Source: Spirochaetia bacterium
Lineage (GTDB): Bacteria > Spirochaetota > Spirochaetia > SZUA-6 > Bin103
NCBI GenBank assembly: GCA_965198005.1
Contig: CBDAOI010000004.1
Span: forward strand, 768,001-832,000
Direction of reading: 5' to 3'
DNA: 64,000 nt
This document shows, in pieces, positions 33,726-45,948 of this stretch. How positions within the stretch are numbered: position 1 is the first letter of the stretch; each line of letters starts with the position of its first letter. A program made the position numbers and the translations under genes. The notes beneath the pieces were generated by a model. The model was not told the DNA's origin, did no database searches, and saw nothing but the letters and a program-made list of their open reading frames with translations.

Positions 33726-36503
33726 TCAGTGCGCCTGCAGCCAGTCGCTGCCGGTGCCGACCTCGACCACCACCGGCACCCGCCCCAGGTCGAGGGCATC
33801 GCGCATGCCGCGCACGACGATGCCGCGGACCTGCTCCAGCTCGGCCGGCGGCAGCTCGAACACCAGCTCGTCGTGCACCTGCAGGATCATGCGCGCGCTC
33901 AGCCGGCAGCGGCGCAGCTCGCGGTCGACGTCGAGCATGGCGAGCTTGATCATGTCGGCGGCGCTGCCCTGGATCGGGGCGTTGATGGCGACCCGTTCCG
34001 CCGCCGTGCGCGCCGCGTGGTTGCGTGAGTTGATGTCGCGCAGGTAGCGGCGCCGGCCGCGCAGGGTCTCGACGTAACCGTGCTCACGGGCGCCCGCGAC
34101 GGTGTCGCTCATATACTGCTGGATTCGCGGGAACTGCGCGAAGTAGCGCTCGATGATGGCGCGCGCCTCGGCGCGGGCGATGTTGAGCCGCTGCGCGAGG
34201 CCGAAGGCGGACATGCCGTACATCAGCCCGAAGTTGATCATCTTCGCGTGGCGGCGCATGTCGGCGCTCACCTCGGACAGCGGCACGCCGAACACCCGGG
34301 CGGAGGTGGCGGCGTGGACGTCCACGTCGGCGGCGAATGCCTCCACCAGACCGGGGTCGTCGGTGATCGCCGCCATGATGCGCAGCTCGATCTGCGAGTA
34401 GTCGGCGGCGAGCAGCACCTGACCCTCGGCGGCCACGAAGGCGCGGCGGATCTCGCGTCCCTTGTCGCTGCGGATGGGAATGTTCTGCAGGTTGGGCCCC
34501 TCGGAGTTGAGCCGGCCGGTGGCCGCGACTAGCTGGTTGAAGGTGGTGTGGATGCGCCCGGTTTCCTCGACCATGGCGTCGGGCAGGGTGTCCACGTAGG
34601 TGGACTTCAGCTTCTGCACCGCGCGGTATTCGAGGATCCGCGGAATGATCGGATGGCGGTCGGCGAGCCGGGTAAGCTCCTGCTCGGTGGTCATGTACTG
34701 GCCGGTCCGGGTGCGTTTCGGCGTGTCGCTGATCCTGAGCTGATCGAACAATAGCTCGCCGAGCTGCTTGGGCGAGTTGAGATTGAACGGACCCCCGGCA
34801 AGCCGGTACAGCTCGCTCTCGTGCCCGGCGATCTCCTGCTCCAACTCCACCGAGTATTCGCGCAGCGCGTCCACGCGGACGCGGACCCCGGCGTGCTCCA
34901 TCTCGACCAGCAGCGGCATCAGGGGGACCTCGATCCGTTCCCACAGGTCGCGCTCCTCGCAGCGGTCGATCTCCTGCAGCAGGACGGCCAGGAGGCCGGC
35001 GGTCAGATCGGCGCGTTCGCCTGCGTAGGTGGCCAGCTTCGCCGGCGGCAGACCACCGTCGGCCAGCGCTGCGGCGCTGAAGTCGCCCCGCTTCAGGAGG
35101 TCGGCGGCGACCTCGTCGAGTGCCAGCAACTGGTAACCGAGGTAGTGCTCGCACAGCAGCGCCAGATCGTGCGCGCCCTCGGACTCCACCAGTTGGTGGG
35201 CCAGGCGGGTGTCCAGCAGCCGGCCCGCCACGGTGACGCCGTGCCAGCGCAGCGCGGTGACCCAGCGCTTCAGATCGTGCCCGACCTTGGTGATGGCCGG
35301 GTGCTCCCAGAACGGCGCCAGCTCGGCCAGCACCGCCGCCGCGGCCGTGCGCTCCTCCGGCAGCGGCAGGTAAAGTGCCGCTCCCTCCCGCCAGGAAAAG
35401 GCCACGCCCGCCAGCGGACACGACTTGGCAGCGCCGCGGCCGGCCACGACGAACAGGCTCACCGATTCCTGCCGCAGCAAGGCAACGCACAACTGGGCGC
35501 GGGCGGCGGCGCCCTCCGCCAGGACGTAGTCGTGCGCGTGGTCCGTCAGGGAACGCAACGCGGTCGCGCCCGCGGCGCCCGCTCCCGGAGTCGCCGCCGC
35601 GGCAGCCGCGCCCTCGCCGAAGACGCGCTTGATCAGCGCGTTGAACTCGAACTCCTGGAACAGCGGTATGACGCGCTCGGGGTCGAAGGCGGGAGTAGCG
35701 AGGCGGTCGGGGTCGACCTCCAGCTCCAGCTCGCGGTCGATGGTGGCGAGCCGTTTCGACAGCAGCGCCTGCGCGGCGAAGGTCTCGATCTTTTCGCGCT
35801 GCTTGCCCGTGAGCTGCTCGGTGGCGTCCACCAGCGCCTCGACCGACCCGAAGCGGGCGATCAGCTTCTGGGCGGTCTTCTCGCCCACGCCCGGCACGCC
35901 GGGGATGTTGTCCACGCTGTCGCCGGCCAGCCCGATCAGGTCCACCACCTGCTCCGGACGCGCCACCCCGAACCGCTCGCAGACGCCGGCCACGTCGAGG
36001 ATCTGCGGCGGGTCGCCGCCCCTGCGCGGCAGCCGGTAGAGGAAGGTGTGCTCGCTCACGAGTTGCGCGAAGTCCTTGTCCAGGGTCACCATGTAGGTGT
36101 CGAAGCCGGCCGCCTCGGCGCGCCGCGCGATGGTGCCGATCACGTCGTCCGCCTCGACGCCCTCGTGGCTGATGATCGAAATGCCCATCGCCTCGGTCAC
36201 CCGGTGCACGTGCGGCAGGGAGTCGCGCACTCCCTCGGGCGTCTTCTGGCGCGTCCCCTTGTACTCGGCGTAGGCGTCCGTACGCCAGGTCGGCCCGGGC
36301 GCGTCGAACACCACGGCGACGTGGGTGGGCTCCTCGTCGGCCAGGATCTGCAGCAGCGAGGTGGTGTAGCCGAACACCGCCGACGAGTTGAAGCCGTCGG
36401 CAGTGATCAGCGGGTTGTTGAGGAAGACGAAGTACGCGCGGTAGACCAGCGGCATGCCGTCGATCAGGTACAGGCGCTTGTCTCGGCCCGGCCGCGCTGC
36501 CAT
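33726..36503 (-). CDS. polA: DNA polymerase I
   Basis: 5'-exo LIDG..EADD..GDSVDNIPG; polymerase ADYSQIELR, KMINFGLMYG, QGSAAD, VHDEL. Confidence 0.97.
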   Translation of the reverse strand: MAARPGRDKRLYLIDGMPLVYRAYFVFLNNPLITADGFNSSAVFGYTTSLLQILADEEPTHVAVVFDAPGPTWRTDAYAEYKGTRQKTPEGVRDSLPHVHRVTEAMGISIISHEGVEADDVIGTIARRAEAAGFDTYMVTLDKDFAQLVSEHTFLYRLPRRGGDPPQILDVAGVCERFGVARPEQVVDLIGLAGDSVDNIPGVPGVGEKTAQKLIARFGSVEALVDATEQLTGKQREKIETFAAQALLSKRLATIDRELELEVDPDRLATPAFDPERVIPLFQEFEFNALIKRVFGEGAAAAAATPGAGAAGATALRSLTDHAHDYVLAEGAAARAQLCVALLRQESVSLFVVAGRGAAKSCPLAGVAFSWREGAALYLPLPEERTAAAAVLAELAPFWEHPAITKVGHDLKRWVTALRWHGVTVAGRLLDTRLAHQLVESEGAHDLALLCEHYLGYQLLALDEVAADLLKRGDFSAAALADGGLPPAKLATYAGERADLTAGLLAVLLQEIDRCEERDLWERIEVPLMPLLVEMEHAGVRVRVDALREYSVELEQEIAGHESELYRLAGGPFNLNSPKQLGELLFDQLRISDTPKRTRTGQYMTTEQELTRLADRHPIIPRILEYRAVQKLKSTYVDTLPDAMVEETGRIHTTFNQLVAATGRLNSEGPNLQNIPIRSDKGREIRRAFVAAEGQVLLAADYSQIELRIMAAITDDPGLVEAFAADVDVHAATSARVFGVPLSEVSADMRRHAKMINFGLMYGMSAFGLAQRLNIARAEARAIIERYFAQFPRIQQYMSDTVAGAREHGYVETLRGRRRYLRDINSRNHAARTAAERVAINAPIQGSAADMIKLAMLDVDRELRRCRLSARMILQVHDELVFELPPAELEQVRGIVVRGMRDALDLGRVPVVVEVGTGSDWLQAH

Positions 36504-36515
36504 CCCCGGCTACCC

Positions 36516-37004
36516 CTACCCCGGCCGCGCCTGCTGCGCCTGCTGCGCCGCGAGCAGGTTGCGGAGCTGGAAACTGTGCCGGATCGGGTGCATCACGGCG
36601 TGCTCCAGCATCGCCTCGACGGTGGTGGCGGTGTGCGCCCGCGGAACCGGCTTGCGAAACGCCTCCGGCGGCACGTCCCGCAGCGGCGTGCGCCAGCGCG
36701 CCAGCAGGTGACTCAGGTAGCCGGCCGCCTGATCGGGAGCGCGCTCAGCCGGCGGCGGCGGGTCGATGCCGGGATCGGGCAACCCCAACTGCGTGCAGAT
36801 CCACTGCAGGTAGCCGCGCGCGCACCGCAGCACGTGGTGCAGCAGCACTTCCAGCGAGGCATAGTTCGGGTCCTCGGTGTCGGGAAGCTGCACCTGTGCG
36901 CTGCGCGCCTCGCACCACGTGGCCCAGAACTCCCACAAATGGCGCTCGTGCAGCCGCACCAGCGCCCGCGCGCCGCCGTAGCGATACGCTGCTACCATTC
37001 GCAT
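36516..37004 (-). CDS. DinB/YfiT-like helical protein
   Basis: LLHHV and EHAVMHPIRH His pattern. Confidence 0.5.
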   Translation of the reverse strand: MRMVAAYRYGGARALVRLHERHLWEFWATWCEARSAQVQLPDTEDPNYASLEVLLHHVLRCARGYLQWICTQLGLPDPGIDPPPPAERAPDQAAGYLSHLLARWRTPLRDVPPEAFRKPVPRAHTATTVEAMLEHAVMHPIRHSFQLRNLLAAQQAQQARPG

Positions 37005-37032
37005 GCTCCGCCCGCTGCCACCGTCTCCGGCG

Positions 37033-39540
<2,508 letters not shown>

Positions 39541-39569
39541 GTGCGTGCCACCTTAGCATAAATTCGCCT

Positions 39570-39678
39570 GGTCCATGCGGTCCATGCGGGCGTTCAGGGT
39601 AGCCTGCGTGGCGCGGTGCGCGCCCAGCAACGCGAAGCCGAACGTCAGAATCGCGGCCAACAGCGTCACCCCGACGCC
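39570..39678 (-). repeat. Fragmentary near-identical copy of the 52479-52862 gene ([17 protein letters not shown])
   Basis: Reverse complement matches ~52506-52612 with few mismatches. Confidence 0.85.
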
Positions 39679-39683
39679 ATAGG

Positions 39684-39817
39684 GGCGTTCGACGTGCGCG
39701 AGATCGTTGCGCGGGTGGTGGACGGCAGCCGCTTGCACGAGTTCAAGCCCGCCTACGGGGCGACGCTGGTGTGCGGCTTCGCGCGCATTTTCGGCTACCC
39801 GGTCGGCATCGTGGCCA
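39684..39817 (+). pseudogene. Internal fragment of acyl-CoA (methylcrotonyl-CoA-type) carboxyltransferase
   Basis: [43 protein letters not shown]. Confidence 0.75.
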
Positions 39818-39854
39818 GGGCCGGGGGCACGAGCGGGAGGTGGCTACCGCATTG

Positions 39855-40255
39855 CCGGCTCAAGCTCAAACCAGCGTGCTCCCGTTCGATCATCAGCATG
39901 CGCTCGGCCCGGCTCAGCTCCCGAGCCCTCGTGACAAAAAATCGCGCTCCACCGTCAGCTCCCCGATCTTGGCATGCAAGTCATGTATGGTCGCGTCGTG
40001 GTCCTTCTGCCGGCGGTTGGACGCGCCGGCGAACAATTCCTCCAGACCGGCCTGCGCCTGCCGCTTCCAGCCGCTCACCTGATTCGGATGAACCTCGTGC
40101 TTGGCCGCGATCGCCTGGATCGTGCGGTCACCGCGGAGCGCTTCCATCGCCACCTTGGCTTTGAACTGAGCTGTGAATCGACGTCGTTTCGTCGCCATTC
40201 CCGTTGGCCCTCCTCATGGCCTGGAATACACCTTATCATGCAGTCCATTTTTCCG
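39855..40255 (-). mobile_element. Truncated IS3-family element (orfA 39914-40198 plus start of orfB)
   Basis: [40 protein letters not shown]; orfB start [21 protein letters not shown]. Confidence 0.85.
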
Positions 40256-40281
40256 GGATATGGGACAGTCCCAACCCATGC

Positions 40282-40470
40282 CCGGCGGCAAGAAAGGGGC
40301 CGGTATCCTGAGAGCCAAACCGAACCTCCACTGGCGCAAGGACCGAGGCAAGGAGCCGTTTCGGGACGAGGAACAGTTCCCGTGGTTCTGGAACGCCGGC
40401 GAATTCACCGGAGACCGTGTCAACGACGTACATCTGACGCCCGCCCACAAGCGGCGCACCGCGCCACGCT
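40282..40470 (+). pseudogene. Probable C-terminal fragment of a BREX-associated (PglX-like) DNA methyltransferase
   Basis: GAGILRAKPNLHWRKDRGKEP..FPWFW..GDRVNDVHLT; recalled similarity to methylases found before type-B pglZ; same strand as pglZ. Confidence 0.45.
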
Positions 40471-40484
40471 TTGATGCATGGAAA

Positions 40485-40611
40485 CGGAGACCGAGGACGA
40501 GACATCCACGTAATCTGTTCACCCAAGAGCGATTATCTCGCCATCATCACCGCCTACCTTCCTTCCGCGGATGAGTGGGAACCGGACTCGCACACGAGGA
40601 GAACGAAATGA
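40485..40611 (+). pseudogene. DUF4258-like toxin C-terminal fragment
   Basis: IHVICSPKSDYLAIITAYLPSADEW..TRRTK*, ATGA overlap with the YgiT gene. Confidence 0.65.
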
Positions 40612-40841
40612 ACTGCATTCACTGTTGCGGAGCGATGGATCGCTCTACTGCCCCCTTTCACATCGATCGCAACGGCTATCACTTAGCCCTGGACAGCGTA
40701 CCGGCGTGGGTCTGCGGCCAATGCGGAGAGCCGTATTTCGAGGAACGCGAGGTTGACGCCCTCCAAGCGGCGATTCGCAGTCTCGACAAACAGGCTCGCC
40801 AGCTTGTGGCAGATGTCACGCCGCGAGGTGCTCAACGATGA
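40608..40841 (+). CDS. YgiT/MqsA-type zinc-finger protein
   Basis: MNCIHC..VPAWVCGQCGEPYF. Confidence 0.8.
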   Translation: MNCIHCCGAMDRSTAPFHIDRNGYHLALDSVPAWVCGQCGEPYFEEREVDALQAAIRSLDKQARQLVADVTPRGAQR

Positions 40842-40864
40842 GGAGTCACCGAACCGCGCCGAAG

Positions 40865-41036
40865 CTGCTCAGCCAACTGTTGGCGAAGTGCTCGGTTCCT
40901 GACGAGCCCTGGCTCGTCACCGATCGCACGCACATCATGGACAAGCGCGGTGAGGGCGTGCCGGTAATCCTGGACAACAGCACGCGTCTGTCCGGGAGGG
41001 AGCCCGACTACCGGCTCCTCGACGACGCAGAGCTGC
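40865..41036 (+). pseudogene. Fragment resembling the C-terminus of AlbA/HATPase_c_4 (RecG-C) regulators
   Basis: IMDKRGEGVPVILDNSTRLSGREPDYRLLDDAEL. Confidence 0.45.
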
Positions 41037-41798
41037 GCAGCCGGTGAGCGCACTGATCGCACGTGGCTGAAACCCCGTTCCAGTCCCTTTCGGCGGACGA
41101 CAGACGCTACGCCCTGAGCGCTTCCGGCACGGCAGGCTCATTCGCGGCCATTTCCGCCAAAGGTCCAGCCGTCGCGACAGCGCTTCCGCGGCTTCGATCC
41201 GGGCGATCGATTCCAGGATGGAGGGCGTGTGCTCGGGGTCCAGCCACTCCCGTAGCACGAAGAATCCCGGCACCACACGAGACTCGATCCTGGCCGCTCC
41301 CACGGCGTACTCCACCAGCAGCTCGCCGTCGCGGCGGTAGAAGCGATGGGCCAGCGTCTCGGGATCCAACACCCAGTACTCGGTCACGCCGTGCTGCTCG
41401 TACTCGGCGAACTTGACCCCCACGTCGCGGTCCGCGGTTCTCGGGCTCAACGCCTCGACCACCAGGTCGGGCGCGCCTTCGACGTGATTGTCGTGGATCC
41501 GATCCTCGCGGCCCGCACGATAGAACGCCAGATCCGGCTGAAACACGTTCCGTGAGCTGAGTCGGACCGCGACCTCCTCCTGGAACAAGCGTCCGAGCCG
41601 ATGCTCGTGAACATAGGTGCCGAGGAGGCGATCGAGAAAGTTGAGCAACTCCGCATGGCGGATGGACACGGGCGAGTGCATGAAGATCTCTCCATCGATC
41701 AGGTCGGCCGTGTGCTCCGTATCGAGCCACTCGAGGAAATCCTCGGCAGTGAGCAGGACGCGCTCCAGATCCGCCCCGGCTGACAGGTGGGTCGGCAT
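40935..41798 (-). CDS. Uma2-family PD-(D/E)XK endonuclease; reads through into unrelated sequence after ~41185
   Basis: LIDGEI..H..QPDL..PDLVVEALSP..DRDVGVK..Y..GVTEYWVLDP. Confidence 0.85.
   Translation of the reverse strand: MPTHLSAGADLERVLLTAEDFLEWLDTEHTADLIDGEIFMHSPVSIRHAELLNFLDRLLGTYVHEHRLGRLFQEEVAVRLSSRNVFQPDLAFYRAGREDRIHDNHVEGAPDLVVEALSPRTADRDVGVKFAEYEQHGVTEYWVLDPETLAHRFYRRDGELLVEYAVGAARIESRVVPGFFVLREWLDPEHTPSILESIARIEAAEALSRRLDLWRKWPRMSLPCRKRSGRSVCRPPKGTGTGFQPRAISALTGCAALRRRGAGSRAPSRTDACCCPGLPARPHRACP
41035..41118 (+). repeat. Exact 84-bp direct copy of 42519-42602 (AbiEi/AbiEii junction)
   Basis: GCGCAGCCGGTGAGCGCAC...CTACGCCCTGAG identical in both places. Confidence 0.92.
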
Positions 41799-41957
41799 TG
41801 TCACGGCAGTATAGATCGGCGCCGGGAGCTGGGGAAGGTCCATGGACTTGGCCGAGGCCGATCTCCGGGGGGATGGGTCATGTGCGGGTGATGCTTCCCG
41901 TTGTCGGGTGTCGGTAAATGGACTAAGTTTCTGACGAAGCGAAGAGCGAATCCTACC

Positions 41958-42554
41958 ATGCAGAGCCTGTCGAACCGCATTCTGCAGCACGCGGCAGCCT
42001 TACCCGAGGCGGCGCCGCTGTGCCCGGGCGCCCTGCTTCACCTGGGGAGCCGGACCGCCGTCGACCAGGCGCTGTCCCGACTCGCCCGCTCCGGCGAGCT
42101 CCTGCGCATCTGTCGGGGCGTCTACCTGCGCCCCATCGAAACCCGGTTCGGCCTCTGTGCGCCGTCCATCGAGAAAGTGATGGGGGCGCTTGCGACGCTC
42201 TGGGGCGAGACCATTGTCCCATCCGGCGGCGCCGCAGCCAACTTCCTCGGGCTTACCACTCAGATTCCGATTCGGCCGGTCTATCTGACCTCCGGTCCGA
42301 ATCGCCGCTTGCACCTGTACGCCCTGGTTGTGCGCCTGCGCCACGCGCCGCGCTGGCAACTGGTGGCACCGCACCGCCGGTCCGGCGAGGTGGTCCGGGC
42401 GCTGGCCTGGCTCGGCCCGGGCGAGGTCGAGGACAGCCTCGCGCAAGCGGCAGCGCGGCTGTCGAGCGAAGACTTGGCGGAGCTGGCAGCGGCGCGCGCG
42501 ACGATGCCGGCATGGATGGCGCAGCCGGTGAGCGCACTGATCGCACGTGGCTGA
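41958..42554 (+). CDS. AbiEi-like antitoxin (DUF6088 type)
   Basis: AVDQALSRL..RICRGVY, GGAAANFLGLTTQIP..YLTSGP. Confidence 0.82.
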   Translation: MQSLSNRILQHAAALPEAAPLCPGALLHLGSRTAVDQALSRLARSGELLRICRGVYLRPIETRFGLCAPSIEKVMGALATLWGETIVPSGGAAANFLGLTTQIPIRPVYLTSGPNRRLHLYALVVRLRHAPRWQLVAPHRRSGEVVRALAWLGPGEVEDSLAQAAARLSSEDLAELAAARATMPAWMAQPVSALIARG

Positions 42555-43602
42555 AACCCCGTTCCAGTCCCTTTCGGCGGACGACAGACGCTACGCCCTG
42601 AGATCTGCCGAAGGTTTGAGCGGACGCCCCGCTCACCTCCTCGAAAAGGACCTCTGGATCGTGCAGGTGTTGCACGCGCTGTACGCCGCGCCGTTCGGAC
42701 GGGAGTTGGTGTTCAAGGGCGGCACCTCGCTGGCGAAGGCTTACGCTGCGGTCCGCCGATTCTCGGAGGATGTCGATATCACCCGTGACATCCGCGCCAT
42801 GGCGCCGGATCTGGTGGCCGGCGCCGGCGCGGATGCGCTTCCTTCCACGCGCAGCCAGGAACGGCGCTGGACGCGGACGATCCGCGAGCGGCTGGCGGTA
42901 TGGGTTCGGGAGCAGGTCCAGCCGGAGCTCGAACGGCGCCTCGCAGGCGCCGGCCCCAAGGCTGCGGTGAGTGCCGACGGGGAGAGTCTTCTGGTCGCCT
43001 ACGACCCGTTGTTCGACCACTACGGCTTCGTGCAGCCGGTGGTCATGGTGGAATTCGGCGCCCGCTCGACCGGCGAGCCCCATGAACTGCGCCCGGTGGT
43101 ATGCGATGCGGCAGCCTCCCTGCCGGATCTGGCGTTCCCGACCGCGAGTCCCCTCGTCATGCTGGCGGAGCGCACCTTCTGGGAGAAGGCGACGGCCATG
43201 CACGTGTTCTGCCGGCAGCAGCGGCGCCGGGGCCAGCGCCTGTCCCGGCACTGGCACGATCTGGTGCGCCTGGACGACGCCGGCATCGCGGCCAGGGCTC
43301 TGGCCGACCGCGCGCTCGCACGCGCAGTCGCACGGCACAAGGCGATGTTCTTCGCGGAGACGGACGCTGCCGGGAACCGGATTGACTACGGGGCGGCGGT
43401 CTCCGGCGGGCTGCAACTGGTCCCTGAAGGCGCCGCGCGCGAAGAACTGGCGGACGACTACGCCAGAATGCTCAGCGCCGGCATGCTGCTCGACGATGAC
43501 GAGTCGTTCGCAGTGATCATCACGCGCTGCTCCGAACTGCAGATCAGGGCCAACCGTCTTGCTGCCGATGGCGGAAGCCGTCCCCACTGCTGCCATGGCT
43601 GA
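42547..43602 (+). CDS. AbiEii/AbiGii nucleotidyltransferase toxin
   Basis: LEKD, VFKGGTSLAKAY..RRFSEDVD, VEFGARS, ERTFWEKAT, RHWHD. Confidence 0.9.
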   Translation: MAETPFQSLSADDRRYALRSAEGLSGRPAHLLEKDLWIVQVLHALYAAPFGRELVFKGGTSLAKAYAAVRRFSEDVDITRDIRAMAPDLVAGAGADALPSTRSQERRWTRTIRERLAVWVREQVQPELERRLAGAGPKAAVSADGESLLVAYDPLFDHYGFVQPVVMVEFGARSTGEPHELRPVVCDAAASLPDLAFPTASPLVMLAERTFWEKATAMHVFCRQQRRRGQRLSRHWHDLVRLDDAGIAARALADRALARAVARHKAMFFAETDAAGNRIDYGAAVSGGLQLVPEGAAREELADDYARMLSAGMLLDDDESFAVIITRCSELQIRANRLAADGGSRPHCCHG

Positions 43603-45948
43603 GCATGCCGCTGCGGCCGGCCAGCGCCGCACCCTCGTGATCGAGGCGCTGGCAGCGTCGCTGCACGCGACAAGCCGGCACAACCCGGACGACGTGGAGC
43701 AACCGGCTGCGATCCTGTGGACCGATCCGAGTGCGGCCTGGCAACCGATTGTCCCGCACCTGCAGCGGCTCATGCCGCACCTGCTCATCCTGGGCGACTT
43801 CGCTCCCGAGCAGCGCACCGGGCCGGCGATCTGGCTGCGCTGCATGATCGAGCGAGCCCTGCCGTCTCCCGAGATTCCCGCCGACCTGACCCCGATCATC
43901 TACCTGCCCGCCGTGAGCCGGCAGGTGCTCGGCGCCGCCGACACCTGCCCCGACGACCTGAAACCGCTGGTCGAGCTGCAGTATCGCGGCGTCTGCTGGA
44001 CCCAGAAGAACGGCAGGGACTGGACGGTGGAGGCATTTCTGGTGTCGCGCGACGGCGGCCTGGGACTGGACGTCGCGGCGGATGCGGCTACGCGCCAATC
44101 CATGCTGCGGTCCCTGACGGAGCTGGCACCGACGCCGGTGCACGCGCTCACCGGGCGGCGGCTCGAAGCCGAGGACTTCGACCGGCTGTTTTCCAATGAC
44201 CCGGACCGCGACCTGTTGGTCTGGCTGAACGACACCAGGAGTGTGCGGGCGGGTTGGGAGGCGGCGCGTTGGAGTGCCTTCAGGTCGCGCTGCAGGAAGG
44301 ACCTCGGGTTCGACCCCGACAAGGACGGCGAGCTGGCCGCCGCAGAACGACTCGGCGGACGCGACGGGCCCTGGGGCTCGATCTGGAACCGCTTCGCCGA
44401 GTCTCCGGCGCTATACGGGAGCATTCCGGAGTTGCTGCGCCGCGCACGGCCCGACGAGCTGTTCGTGGAACGTTCCTCATGGCCTCAGGACAACGCTGCG
44501 GAGGAAGCCGCGCTGCGCCGCGCCCTGCTTGAGCTCGATGGCCTCGCGCCTGCCGCCGGGCGTGCGCGGGTCCTTGAGCTTGAGACACAACATGGCGAGC
44601 GGCGCGAGTGGATGTGGGCGAGGCTCGACCAGGCAACGCTGGCCTTCGCCATCGGCCACTTGGCGGTGATCGCGGAGCGTGCCGCGACCGCGCTTGGCGG
44701 GGCCTCCCGGGAGGAGATGGCCCGGTTGTACGCGGACGACGCCTGGAAAGTCGATGCCGCGGCACTGGGCAGTGTAGCGGCGGTGAGAACGGCGGCGGAC
44801 ACGCAAGCGGTAAGCCGGGCCTTGCACGCCATCTACCGTCCCTGGTTGGAGGCCGCGGCCCACCACCTGCAGGCCCTTGAGGCGGCCGGTCTTCCGCCGT
44901 CCGCGACGCCGGCCCGAGGGATCAGCCGCAGGTCGAACCTGGCACGGTGCTGTTGTTCGCCGACGGTCTGCGGTTCGATGTCGGGCAGCGCCTGGTGGAA
45001 CGGCTGCGAGCACAGGGTCGCTCGGTCACGGTGACCACGCGGTGGGCGGCGCTTCCCACCGTCACGGCGACTGCCAAGCCGGCCGTCTCCCCGGTCAGAG
45101 ACGGCATCAAGGGGCTATTGCTGGGCGACGACTTTAGGCCGGTGACGGCAGCCGACGCCCGCCCGCTCACCCCCGACCGGTTCCGGAAGCTCCTCACCGA
45201 TGCCGGCTTCGCGTACCTCGACGCGTCCGACACCGGAGATCCGGGCGGCCGCGCCTGGACCGAGAGCGGGCAGATCGATCGGCTGGGGCACTCCCTGAAG
45301 GGCGGCCTCGCCGCCCGCATCGACGATGAGATCGAGCGGCTCCTGGAACGGGTCGAGTTACTCTGTGCCGCCGGGTGGCGAGAAGTACAAGTCGTAACCG
45401 ATCACGGCTGGTTGTGGCTCCCCGGCGGGCTGCCGAAGGTCGATCTTCCCAAGTACCTCACCACGAGCCGGTGGGCGCGCTGCGCGGCTATCGCCGGCGA
45501 ATCCACGGTAGAGACGCCGGTCATCAGGTGGCACTGGAACGCCCAGGAACGTGCGGCCGTGGCCCCCGGCATCGCGTGCTTCAGTGCGGGTCACGAGTAC
45601 GCTCACGGGGGGTTGAGCCTGCAGGAGTGCCTGATCCCGAACCTGCGCATCACCGGCCGCACCGCGTCGGCCGCCACGGAGACCAACATCTCGGCGGATA
45701 CCTGGGTGGGCTTGCGTTGCCGCGTGCGCGTAGATGGCGCCGGGCCGGGGATGTCTATCGACCTGCGCACCCGCGCCGGCGACCCCGCCAGCAGCGTCAG
45801 CACGCCGCGACCGGTGGCTGGCGACGGATCGGGCAGCCTGCTGGTGGCCGACGACGACTTGGTAGACAGCCCGGTCCTGGTGGTCGTCCTGGACGCCGAC
45901 GGGCAGGTCATCGCCAAGCGATCGACCATCATCGGAGGTGAGCAGTGA
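43595..45948 (+). CDS. pglZ: BREX PglZ (type B-like), frameshift at ~44900-44930
   Basis: AILWTD..RTGPAIWLRC N-terminus; PglZ core FADGLRFD, PTVTATAK, VTDHG, YAHGGLSLQE in a second frame. Confidence 0.82.

Noticed and set aside
41035-42602. 84-bp duplication as a DGR template/variable repeat or att site
   Set aside because: Copies are identical with no adenine-specific changes; no RT or adjacent intact integrase
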